This document shows positions 40,676 to 49,687 of a stretch of 64,000 nt of DNA, piece after piece. The DNA comes from an uncultured Bacilli bacterium (GTDB taxonomy: Bacteria > Bacillota_I > Bacilli_A > RF39 > UBA660). How positions within the stretch are numbered: position 1 is the first letter of the stretch; the number at the start of each line of letters is the position of its first letter. The stretch covers positions 20,374-84,373 of the forward strand of contig CAKOOO010000002.1 of the NCBI GenBank assembly GCA_934098665.1, written 5' to 3'. A program made the translations under genes and the position numbers. The notes under the pieces are model-generated. The model ran no database searches, was not told the origin of the DNA, and saw only the letters and a list, made by a program, of their open reading frames with translations.

Positions 40676-41953
40676 TTACTTTTTTTTTACACATATTTTT
40701 ATTCCCACAAAAAGCAAAAGAGTTACAAGTATTATTAAATATTTATAAGGAAATGAAAATGTATTTTCAAATGTAATATCCTTTATATTATTTTCACTAT
40801 CTATATCATCATTATTAAAAATATCATTACTAATAAGTTCATTATTAATATTTTTTAAATTACCATTTTCTTCATTATTATCATTATCAATATTTTCATT
40901 ATTATCATTTTCTAAATTACCATTTTCATCATTATTAATATTTTCATTATTTTCTTCATTTTGAATAACCTTTTTATTTAACTTTAATTTAATTAAAGAG
41001 TCATTTATATTAACATTTTCATTAAAGTCTTCATAAATATCATCACCCTTTATAAAGATATTATAAGTTCCTTCAAATAATTTAAGATTTATCATCCCAT
41101 TTTCATTAGAGCAATATTTTTCATCATTAATATTTATACATTTATTTACAAGCTTATCTTCATCATAAACTAAAATACTTGTGCTTGTTTTATCACCATT
41201 TATTTCCATTACATACTTTTTATCGTTAAAATTAGTAGTTGAAAAAAGTGTATTACTACCATTTGTAACTAAAAATTCAAAAAGTGGTTCTGCTATAGGA
41301 AGTACTTTTTTTCGAAAAACAAGTTTATGCTTACCCTCTTTTCCTTTAACAGTTAATTTATCATTTATAATATTTACTTCAAGGTTATCTTCATTATCAT
41401 ATAAATAAAAATTATCTAAATAATCAAACTGAAATTCTTTTATTTCACCTGGCTCTATATTAACTGTGTTATTCCAAAATGAAGGACCTTTTATAACTGA
41501 AAAATATTTATCTTTTATTTTCTGATAAAAATCTTCGTAAATTTCATATTTTTCTTTAGTATTTGGATAGCAAAAATAAAACTCTTTTTCTGGATATAAA
41601 TATTCCCATATAAGTCTTTGAGTTAAAGAGTGATATACTCTTTCATCAACGTTTAATTTATCCCTTATTTCCATAAAGGCAAAATATAAATCTTTTATAT
41701 CTTTGGAATAATTACTTTTTTCATAAGTAATTTTTTTATAATTTTCTACATTTGTATCAAGCATATCTCTTGTTTGGGGTACTAAAAAAAATGTTTCTCT
41801 ATGTTCAAGCCAAACATAAGTAAGTTCATACATATTTCCATCACTTGAACATAAATTTTGATGAGTTGTATTTATTAAACTTGACACACTTATAGCGTGC
41901 ACATTTTTAGATAAAGTAAACAATATAGCCAAAAATATTAAATATTTTTTCAC
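40676..41953 (-). CDS. secreted surface protein with a sorting-signal-like C-terminus and an N/D/E-rich spacer
   Basis: Signal peptide MKKYLIFLAILFTLSKNVHA (GTG start after GAAAGGAAA). C-terminal hydrophobic stretch plus a KKK tail. TQRLIW resembles the Gln motif of thioester-domain adhesins (weak). Confidence 0.65.
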   Translation of the reverse strand: MKKYLIFLAILFTLSKNVHAISVSSLINTTHQNLCSSDGNMYELTYVWLEHRETFFLVPQTRDMLDTNVENYKKITYEKSNYSKDIKDLYFAFMEIRDKLNVDERVYHSLTQRLIWEYLYPEKEFYFCYPNTKEKYEIYEDFYQKIKDKYFSVIKGPSFWNNTVNIEPGEIKEFQFDYLDNFYLYDNEDNLEVNIINDKLTVKGKEGKHKLVFRKKVLPIAEPLFEFLVTNGSNTLFSTTNFNDKKYVMEINGDKTSTSILVYDEDKLVNKCININDEKYCSNENGMINLKLFEGTYNIFIKGDDIYEDFNENVNINDSLIKLKLNKKVIQNEENNENINNDENGNLENDNNENIDNDNNEENGNLKNINNELISNDIFNNDDIDSENNIKDITFENTFSFPYKYLIILVTLLLFVGIKICVKKK

Positions 41954-42031
41954 TATTATTTTCCTTTCTATATTTCCTATCACCAAATATAAAAAGTTTT
42001 TACGAGCAATTTAAATATAACAAAATATTTT

Positions 42032-42562
42032 TTATTTGTCTATAATAAATTTAAATAATTTTAAAGCAAAAAAATATTTTAGTATTAAACATATTATATT
42101 ATTTATAAAATATACACTAGACATTACAATTATTTTTTTCATATATAAAAATAAATTATTAATATTTCTTTTGTACTTATTAAATATATTTAAATAAATG
42201 TGTTTAATAAATTTATATGAATAAAATGAATTTAAATATAGAAAAAATATATTTAATAATTTAAAAAATATAAAATAAACTATTATAAAAAGTAGTCCCT
42301 TTAGTTTGTATGATATTATAAATAAAGATATCATATATCCAAAAGAAAAACCTTCGAAAAATAAAAGTGTTTGACTTAAATTTAAACTTATAAGTGGAAG
42401 TACAATGCATAGTAAGCTAATTAGTAATAATATAAGTATTATTTTAAAAGAAATAATATTTATGAAAACGACATATTCACTTAAATTTACTGGATATAAT
42501 AAACCAAAAAGTATTCCTACAATTAAAGCTATAATAATGCTATAATTAATTAATTTTTTCAT
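42032..42562 (-). CDS. polytopic membrane protein, unknown (possibly SpoIIM-like)
   Basis: 176 aa with 5-6 TM segments. The assignment is weak. Confidence 0.4.
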   Translation of the reverse strand: MKKLINYSIIIALIVGILFGLLYPVNLSEYVVFINIISFKIILILLLISLLCIVLPLISLNLSQTLLFFEGFSFGYMISLFIISYKLKGLLFIIVYFIFFKLLNIFFLYLNSFYSYKFIKHIYLNIFNKYKRNINNLFLYMKKIIVMSSVYFINNIICLILKYFFALKLFKFIIDK

Positions 42563-42585
42563 ATTAAAGTATATTATAAATATAT

Positions 42586-42612
42586 AAAAAAAATGATAGA
42601 TTACCTATCATT
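42586..42612 (-). terminator. rho-independent terminator of surface protein gene C
   Basis: aaugauag-guaau-cuaucauu hairpin plus a U-run on the minus strand. Confidence 0.6.
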
Positions 42613-44731
42613 AATTAATAATATATGGTTTAGTATACGAGCCATCTCCTGAAAACACTATAGTTTCAGGTTTTAGTGATATGACAGGTTTTACACCAAT
42701 AGATGCCATTGCTGTTCCTCGTGATACAGTATCGTATAACGTTGATTGCATTAAGATTCTTTGATATAATACTGGTGATTGTAGCCATATACCATATCCT
42801 GTATATAAATAATGTTTTTTTGCTTCCACATCTTTAGTTGCCAAATGTGCTTCTGGTGCAGAAAGAAGTCCAACTGGATATGTTAAAGCCCCATTACCAT
42901 TACTAATGTTAACTGTAAATCTATCATTTATATTTTCACAAAAAAGACTATAAGTAACATCGTTATTTTTAAATTTAAATGAATCACCTGTTGTTTGTTT
43001 ACTTAATGACCAACTACCAAGATCAGTATTGCTTCTATCATTACAATATATTGTATCTTCTAATTTATCTGTATAGTTTATCATATTATTTTCATACCAT
43101 GCATCTACTACTTTTTTTATTGCACTGTCCTTTTTATTAACATCATCCGCATATAACATTTCATTTATTGCATTATCTATTGACTTACCATTAGAAATTT
43201 TTATTGCAGAAATATCACTAGTGCCCTTATAATTGATATAATATATAGAACTACAAGTGTTTGATGAATTATAACAAGTAAAATGATAATCATCAATATT
43301 ACTATAATTTGAACGCCAAGTTTTTGCATTAACAGTGATAGTATCCGTTAAAACATATTTACCATTTGTATAAGTAAAAGATTTACCAAAAACATAATCA
43401 ATATCATAATAAGATCCATTTGTTATACCGTCTTTCAAAGTAAAATAATTAAATTGCCTACCGCTTGTTGAAAAAATATATCTTACTTTTTTACAAGAAG
43501 TTGAGGAACCATCACTACAAATATATTTTCCAACAAATGTACTTAAATCACTACTTGTTGTAATATTTACAGAAGTTGGATTTACAAGACTATATAATCC
43601 ATTACTATATGATACTGAGGTTCCAAACATAGTAACATTGCTTGATGTCATATAGTTCATAATTTCATAGTAGTTATCTTCATATGCAATATTATACATA
43701 TACCCAGCATATGCTAAAGAGTTTTGTTCTTCATTATAAGGAGAAAAAGCAATTTGAGCATCATAATATGTATTATTACAAGATTTATATTTATTAATAG
43801 TTTTTCCAAAACTAAATATAACATTATTTCTTGTTCCTGAAGTATAACTTTGATTTCGAGTAAATACTACTTTAATTGTATTTGAGGTAGATAAATTATC
43901 TAAAATAATTTGTCCAGAAATATTACCAACATAGCTACCAAGTAATTCACTATCTTTATAAATATTTATATTCATATCATTTATATTTGCATAAGTTGAA
44001 ACGTCATAATTTAATGCGAAGTCACCATTTTCTGGAACATTAAATGATATTGCTGAACTATTTGTTCCTGTATTTGTACTTGTCCATGTTTTATTTGTTT
44101 CATCAAAAGTATATGGGTATTGTGAATTATTTATTAAATTTTTGTATTGCGATAGTTCAAATAAATTTAAATCGGCAACATTTTTTTGGCTACCATTATA
44201 AATCATTTTAACTCCACCAGTACCTGTAGTTCTTACAATTTTCCAACAATACCCACCAAAAAGAACATTATTATTTTCTACAGCTCCATTAAAGTAATAT
44301 ATATTATTTGCATAATTTGTTGTATCCCCATAATCTGCACCATTATAAATTTTTACAAAATTATCATTGTCTTGATATCTTTTTGCTATTGTATCATATA
44401 GTTTGGCACTATAATCAAAGTATAAATAGCATTTATCACTTCCTATAAAACTAAAACCCACTACCCCGTTTACATTATCATAACTAATTACTTCACCATT
44501 ATTTTCACAATGTGTTTTTTCTTTATTTAATGTATAATTTCCTTTGGGTATATCTTTTGAACTTGATTTTGTATAATCAGTTGCACCATCTTCTTTTATC
44601 ATTATAGATAATTTTTCTTCTTTAATTGGGTTATTTTTACTTAAACTATTTTGCTTAAATTTATAGGTTAAAATTAAACTTAAAATCCCTACTCCCAAAA
44701 ATACGAACAACACTATTTTTTTCTTTTTCAT
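42611..44731 (-). CDS. surface protein C of the lectin-like paralog family
   Basis: MKKKKIVLFVFLGVGILSLILTYKFKQNS anchor, nearly identical to gene B. CWKIVRTTGTGGVKMIYNG, LAYAGYMYN, VDAWY, YCNDR, YPVGLLSAPE and GVKPVISLKP...GDGSYTKPYIIN. ATG at 44731 preferred over the track GTG. Confidence 0.8.
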   Translation of the reverse strand: MKKKKIVLFVFLGVGILSLILTYKFKQNSLSKNNPIKEEKLSIMIKEDGATDYTKSSSKDIPKGNYTLNKEKTHCENNGEVISYDNVNGVVGFSFIGSDKCYLYFDYSAKLYDTIAKRYQDNDNFVKIYNGADYGDTTNYANNIYYFNGAVENNNVLFGGYCWKIVRTTGTGGVKMIYNGSQKNVADLNLFELSQYKNLINNSQYPYTFDETNKTWTSTNTGTNSSAISFNVPENGDFALNYDVSTYANINDMNINIYKDSELLGSYVGNISGQIILDNLSTSNTIKVVFTRNQSYTSGTRNNVIFSFGKTINKYKSCNNTYYDAQIAFSPYNEEQNSLAYAGYMYNIAYEDNYYEIMNYMTSSNVTMFGTSVSYSNGLYSLVNPTSVNITTSSDLSTFVGKYICSDGSSTSCKKVRYIFSTSGRQFNYFTLKDGITNGSYYDIDYVFGKSFTYTNGKYVLTDTITVNAKTWRSNYSNIDDYHFTCYNSSNTCSSIYYINYKGTSDISAIKISNGKSIDNAINEMLYADDVNKKDSAIKKVVDAWYENNMINYTDKLEDTIYCNDRSNTDLGSWSLSKQTTGDSFKFKNNDVTYSLFCENINDRFTVNISNGNGALTYPVGLLSAPEAHLATKDVEAKKHYLYTGYGIWLQSPVLYQRILMQSTLYDTVSRGTAMASIGVKPVISLKPETIVFSGDGSYTKPYIIN

Positions 44732-44778
44732 ATACTCCACTTTTTCTCCGTAAATACGGCATATAATTTTCTTATATT

Positions 44779-44901
44779 AGGTAGATTTAAGAAAATTCTA
44801 CCTTGTATTTACGTACCTTACTATTAAATAATACACTATTTTTTATAATTTTTAAAGTCTAAATAACGATTTTACGCATATCTATTTTCTTAAATGTATC
44901 T
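44779..44901. promoter_or_regulatory. invertible-switch copy 1 upstream of gene C, promoter-like segment facing the gene
   Basis: IRL is aggtagatttaagaaaatt (44779-44797). IRR at 44883-44901 matches its complement at 16 of 19 positions. The 85-bp interior is the reverse complement of the interior at 52554-52638. Confidence 0.6.
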
Positions 44902-44968
44902 ACTTTAGGAAAATACGAACAAGGTAATTACTGAGTTTTTTTGATATTAACTTATTTTTTTGTTTTTC

Positions 44969-44999
44969 AAAAAAAGTTATAACTTTTAATGCTATAACT
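44969..44999 (-). terminator. rho-independent terminator of the NUDIX gene
   Basis: aguuaua...uauaacu stem followed by a U-run on the minus strand. Confidence 0.45.
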
Positions 45000-45616
45000 T
45001 AATCAAAATAAGTAATAAAATCTTTTTCATTATTTGCCTTAAAACATAATTCTATTTGTTTTAAAGTTGTTTTTTCATTTGCAAGATTTTTTGGAATTTC
45101 TTTTAAAGAGAAATATTTAGTTTCTATAGTTTCATTATTTTTTGTAAATGCTCCATCTATAGTTTTACACAAAACAAATGCTTTACATACTCCATAAGCA
45201 TAAACTGGTGTATTATGTTTATTACGATCCATTAGAGCTATTAATTTTAGTGGTTTAACATTAAGCCCAGTTTCCTCTTTTACTTCTTTTATAGTATTAG
45301 ATTTAACACTTTCAAGTACATCACACCACCCACCAGGAAGTGACCAAGAACCGTTATTTTCCTTTACTAAAAGAATTTTATCATCTTTAAATATTGCGGC
45401 TCTTGTATCAATTTTTGGTGTTTGATATCCATTATCGCTTGCAAATAAATCTTTAATTTTTTCAAATGGTAAATCATTTTTATATTCAAGTAGCTTGCAA
45501 GCAATATTTCTAATTTCTTCATATCTTTCTTTATCAAAAGGATTATTTGCATATGTAAGACCATTTTGACCAATTGCCTGAAGCATTACAATAAGTTTTA
45601 TATATTCATCCATCAT
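44999..45616 (-). CDS. NUDIX hydrolase
   Basis: Nudix box GGWCDVLESVKSNTIKEVKEETGL. Confidence 0.8.
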   Translation of the reverse strand: MMDEYIKLIVMLQAIGQNGLTYANNPFDKERYEEIRNIACKLLEYKNDLPFEKIKDLFASDNGYQTPKIDTRAAIFKDDKILLVKENNGSWSLPGGWCDVLESVKSNTIKEVKEETGLNVKPLKLIALMDRNKHNTPVYAYGVCKAFVLCKTIDGAFTKNNETIETKYFSLKEIPKNLANEKTTLKQIELCFKANNEKDFITYFD

Positions 45617-46629
45617 TATCTATTTTTTTTATCTTTAGAATATTTTTTATATTCATTAATATTTTCTTTTGTATATCCTAAAAGCATTTTATCATTTTTT
45701 TCATATATAGTGTTTAATATTTCATCAAACTGCTCTGTTTTTACTTTCGTAGATAAACTCATGCTAGCTATAACATGTTTTTTTAAATCTTTTGTTTTTA
45801 ACATAATAGACTGATTTGTTTTTATACCATTTGTTCTTTGAATAAATTTATACATCCAATATATATCATCATATTTAATAAATGTAACTGGGCTTTCATA
45901 ACTTACAACATAATTATCAGTCAAAATAACTTTAGCATATTTATAGTCAAAAGCATCTTTACTTTTTAGTTCACTATTCAAAGTATTAATTTCATTTCTA
46001 CTCAACTTTTTAATATTTTTATAATAAATAGCATTATAAACTATAAAAATTATAAACGAAATAAATGAACCCAAAAATAGAAGAAAACCAGTAGTAAATA
46101 AGGCATTTGTTGCACCCGTAGATGTTGTAGTAAGGTCAATATATACTGAACCAAAATAATTAGAAAAATCTGAAATAGTTAAGGCTTCATCACCAGTAAG
46201 ATCAAACATTTTATTATAGGAACTTATTGCGATTTCTTTAACATCTTTTGGAGTTACTTTTGTCATACCTTTTATTTTTACTGTAACATCCTTATCTTCT
46301 TTTGCATTAATTTTATTTTCTTTAGTATCATCCATATAAGCTATATAAATATATGTTCCATCAGTTACAAAATAATAAGAACTTGCCTCACCTTCATAAG
46401 ATGCAAACTTTAATGCAGTATTTTTAATATCTAAATATGCATAAATATCTTCTTTTTCATTATTACCTTCAATTATATCATTTAAATTTTTTGCATTTTT
46501 TGCACTGTTACTATCAATGTTATCACATATTACAAATATAATTATTGATAGGACCATTAATAAAAAACTTATTAATATACTTTTTTTAAGTTTCTTTTTA
46601 CGATTTATTATACTTTCATTTGTTATCAT
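45616..46629 (-). CDS. membrane protein, unknown function
   Basis: 337 aa with two TM segments. No motif recognised. Confidence 0.5.
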   Translation of the reverse strand: MITNESIINRKKKLKKSILISFLLMVLSIIIFVICDNIDSNSAKNAKNLNDIIEGNNEKEDIYAYLDIKNTALKFASYEGEASSYYFVTDGTYIYIAYMDDTKENKINAKEDKDVTVKIKGMTKVTPKDVKEIAISSYNKMFDLTGDEALTISDFSNYFGSVYIDLTTTSTGATNALFTTGFLLFLGSFISFIIFIVYNAIYYKNIKKLSRNEINTLNSELKSKDAFDYKYAKVILTDNYVVSYESPVTFIKYDDIYWMYKFIQRTNGIKTNQSIMLKTKDLKKHVIASMSLSTKVKTEQFDEILNTIYEKNDKMLLGYTKENINEYKKYSKDKKNR

Positions 46630-46660
46630 ATTTACTCCTTTACATACAAAAATAGATATG

Positions 46661-46870
46661 CTATTTATATCTATTCATTTGTGCCATAACTTGTTTAACT
46701 TGTTTTTGACTAGGTTTTCTACCCATGCCACTCATCATAGCTTCAATCATTTTTTCATTTATAGGTGGATTTTTAGTAAGCATTTTTTTTGTAACAAGTC
46801 TTGCAATTAAAAATCCAATTATTATTCCTAAAACTAAACCAATTAAGCCCCATGCAATTTGTGCACCCAT
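46661..46870 (-). CDS. yneF: UPF0154 family small membrane protein (YneF-like)
   Basis: [15 protein letters not shown]...[25 protein letters not shown]. Synteny with tkt and lexA. Confidence 0.7.
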   Translation of the reverse strand: MGAQIAWGLIGLVLGIIIGFLIARLVTKKMLTKNPPINEKMIEAMMSGMGRKPSQKQVKQVMAQMNRYK

Positions 46871-46924
46871 TATTTATCACTCCCATTTAAGATTATACTA
46901 AAAATAATTATGTTTGTCTACCAT

Positions 46925-47338
46925 TTAGGCATATACTTCGCTAAGCCAAAAATAGTCTTTATTTTCAAAATCACATACAAATAAATTATAATTTTTTAAT
47001 GATTTTAATAAAACTAATTTATCTGCACTACTTTCTACACTTAAAAAAGTATTTTTTACAGTAACAATTTCCTCATAGCTTTTATATTTATTATAGTAGT
47101 GGTGTGAATTATTTACTACATAGTAAAAATGATTATTTTTATTATCTGCATAAATTTTATCATTTATATTTTTTTGATTAATTCTATTAGCAAGACCATC
47201 ATAAAGTTTTTGAGCAAGAACTAAATCTTTTTTATTAGCTTTATAAATACTTTCAAAACTTTTGTAAAGCATATAGGGACTATCTTTTGTAAGAGTTGTA
47301 AGCTCCTTATTTACATTAAATACATAATATTTTCTCAT
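46925..47338 (-). CDS. possible SirA/YneE-like protein
   Basis: It occupies the yneE position between tkt and yneF. The C-terminal LFVCDFENKDYFWL weakly resembles the SirA C-terminus. Confidence 0.3.
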   Translation of the reverse strand: MRKYYVFNVNKELTTLTKDSPYMLYKSFESIYKANKKDLVLAQKLYDGLANRINQKNINDKIYADNKNNHFYYVVNNSHHYYNKYKSYEEIVTVKNTFLSVESSADKLVLLKSLKNYNLFVCDFENKDYFWLSEVYA

Positions 47339-47398
47339 TATATTCCTCTTTTCTATAAAGACTATAACAAAAAAATTATAAAAAAAATGTCGAAAAGA

Positions 47399-49375
47399 CT
47401 ACTTTTCGAGCATATTTTTTATTTTCATGATTAGTGAATTATAATCAAATGATAAAAACTTTAATGTATCTTCTTTTTTACCTGATACTGCAAAAGTATC
47501 TACGCCAAGAGCACATTTGGGATTACTTGCAAATCTATTCCATAAAAGAGTACTACCTGCCTCTAAAGTGAAAATAGTAGTATCTTTAGGAAGTAGTTTT
47601 TCTTCATAAATAGGATTTTGAATTAAAAATAATTCTACACTTGGCATTGATACAATTCTTAAATCAATTCCTTCATTAAATAATTCTTCCGCGATTTTTA
47701 AGGCAATTGTAACTTCATATCCTGTAGCAATTATTACACCATCTAAATGAAATTTTTCTTTTCGAACAATATAAGCACCATATTTAACATATTTACCATT
47801 AGTATGTTTTAAAATATGAGTATTTTCATTACTAATAACTAAAGCAGTAGTTTTTTTATTTTTTAAAATAAATTCCCATACACCAATAATTTCATTAATA
47901 TCACATGGTCTAAATGTAATTAAATTAGGTATACTTCTTAAATAAGCTAACTGCTCACAAGGAAGATATGCTCCTCCATCAGTATTTGAATAAAAACTAT
48001 CTTCATAAAAAATATAATTTACCGGCATATCACTTAGTGCACTTACTCTTATACTATTCATTTTACTAGCATTTACTAAACTTGTAGATCCAAAACATCT
48101 TAAATTAGAGTTAGCAAGGCCAAGCATAATACTACTCATAGTATTTTCTCTATAACCAAGTTCTATATTTCTTCCTAAAGGATCTTCATTTGTCATTAAA
48201 CTATCTTTTGAAATAATTGCCCTTGAGGATTTAAATGAATCTGCACTACATCCAAGAATATATTTTGTTTTCGGAGTAATAAAATTTATTACTTTTTGAT
48301 TAGATATAATACCCTGTTCACTATATTTTTCATTAATTTCATAATTTGTACTATCAAACTCTATATTAAAATCATCTTTTTCCATTAAACTTACTAAACT
48401 AATAATATTTGCATCTTTACTTGCTAAAGCCTCATTATATAAAGCATTCCATTTATTAAATATTTTTTCCATACGCATTACAATATTATTTGTAACAATA
48501 TTTTTAAGCTTTATATCATAATTAAATGGTTCAAGTGAAATACCATTTTTTTGTTTAAAGGAAATAAGTTCCTCTTTAGAAATACTATCAAAATGCATTT
48601 TATTTGTACCAGCATTTTCTAAAGTATCTCCTAAAAGGGTATTTACAATAATAATTGATGGCATATCACTTTTTTTAGCATCTTTTATAGCTTCAGTAAT
48701 ACTAGATATATTATTACCATTTTTTACATTAATAATATTAAAGTCAAGAGCATCAAATCTAGTTTCAATATCTTCAGTAAATGTTTTAGAAATATCACCA
48801 TCTTTAGTAACATTATTATTTTCTAAAATAACAATTAATTTATTAAGTTTTTGCATACTTGCAAAAGATAAACTTTCATAAGATGCTCCTTCCATAATAT
48901 CTTCGATAGAACATACTACATATACATAATAGTTAATTAAATTTAGTTTGGGATTTATATTTTTTACAAGTGAGGAATAATATCTTTGTGCAATAGCCAT
49001 ACCAACAGCCTGCCCAATTGCATCACCATAAAGTGTACTACTCCCATCAATACCCATAAAAGTATTATAAATTTGACTTCCCGGAGCATAAGAGTCAACA
49101 TCACGGTATCTTTTTAAATCCTCAATTGAATAGTCATACCCAGCATAATAAAGCATTGAATATAAAGCTGCACTAAAATCTTTATTAGCAACTACTACTT
49201 TATCCCTATTTATCCAATTAGGTTTACTAGGAATTATATTAAGCACATTATTATAAAGAGCATATAAAGTTGGGGTAATACTCATAGTTTGTCCTACATC
49301 ACCACCATTTTTACTTATCATATCTAAAGCTAATGCTCTAATATTATTAACTATATCATTTGGTTTTACTGCCAT
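47399..49375 (-). CDS. transketolase homolog with degenerate catalytic motifs
   Basis: Colinear with Tkt over its full length (IRALALDMI, AIGQAVGMAIAQR, CSADS, EQLAYLRSIPNL), but the His, GDG and Glu motifs are substituted. Start moved to M12, matching the Bacillus Tkt N-terminus. Confidence 0.8.
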   Translation of the reverse strand: MAVKPNDIVNNIRALALDMISKNGGDVGQTMSITPTLYALYNNVLNIIPSKPNWINRDKVVVANKDFSAALYSMLYYAGYDYSIEDLKRYRDVDSYAPGSQIYNTFMGIDGSSTLYGDAIGQAVGMAIAQRYYSSLVKNINPKLNLINYYVYVVCSIEDIMEGASYESLSFASMQKLNKLIVILENNNVTKDGDISKTFTEDIETRFDALDFNIINVKNGNNISSITEAIKDAKKSDMPSIIIVNTLLGDTLENAGTNKMHFDSISKEELISFKQKNGISLEPFNYDIKLKNIVTNNIVMRMEKIFNKWNALYNEALASKDANIISLVSLMEKDDFNIEFDSTNYEINEKYSEQGIISNQKVINFITPKTKYILGCSADSFKSSRAIISKDSLMTNEDPLGRNIELGYRENTMSSIMLGLANSNLRCFGSTSLVNASKMNSIRVSALSDMPVNYIFYEDSFYSNTDGGAYLPCEQLAYLRSIPNLITFRPCDINEIIGVWEFILKNKKTTALVISNENTHILKHTNGKYVKYGAYIVRKEKFHLDGVIIATGYEVTIALKIAEELFNEGIDLRIVSMPSVELFLIQNPIYEEKLLPKDTTIFTLEAGSTLLWNRFASNPKCALGVDTFAVSGKKEDTLKFLSFDYNSLIMKIKNMLEK

Positions 49376-49428
49376 ATCATAATCACATCCTACATAATAG
49401 TTTATCATATTTTTTTTATAAAATAAAC

Positions 49429-49572
49429 TTAATTATTCGAAGTGTACGAAATATTTTTAATATTTACACTATCTAATTTAGAACATTTTGCATTTAATAA
49501 AAATACACACATTACTAAAAATAAATAAAATAATATTATAACTCCATAATTTTTAAATAATCTTTTTAACAT
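49429..49572 (-). CDS. 47-aa membrane peptide under a LexA-box promoter (candidate SOS division inhibitor)
   Basis: MLKRLFKNYGVIILFYLFLVMCVFLL... The RBS AGAGGTG lies 6 nt upstream. Divergent from lexA. Confidence 0.4.
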   Translation of the reverse strand: MLKRLFKNYGVIILFYLFLVMCVFLLNAKCSKLDSVNIKNISYTSNN

Positions 49573-49594
49573 TTCTAACACCTCTTTCATTTTT

Positions 49595-49623
49595 ATCATA
49601 ATACAAATGTTTGTTCGTGTCAA
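49595..49623 (-). promoter_or_regulatory. promoter with an embedded LexA (Cheo-type) box
   Basis: On the minus strand, TTGACA (49618-49623), a 17-nt spacer cgaacaaacatttgtat, and TATGAT (49595-49600). The spacer holds CGAAC-N4-ATTTG (49605-49617). Confidence 0.5.
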
Positions 49624-49631
49624 TTAAATTA

Positions 49632-49671
49632 GAAACAAATGTTTGACATTTTACATTTCATATTGTAAAAT
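49632..49671 (+). promoter_or_regulatory. lexA promoter with an overlapping LexA box
   Basis: TTGACA (49643-49648), a 17-nt spacer and TAAAAT (49666-49671). The palindrome gAAAC-AAAT-GTTTg (49632-49645) overlaps the -35. Confidence 0.55.
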
Positions 49672-49687
49672 TAAATTAGATAAGGGA

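Noticed and set aside
40790-40980. An apparent tandem repeat encoding NNENINNDENGNLENDNNENIDNDNNEENGNLKNINNE.
   Set aside because: It is a compositionally biased N/D/E spacer without a clean repeat unit at the nucleotide level. It is treated as a low-complexity linker of the surface protein.
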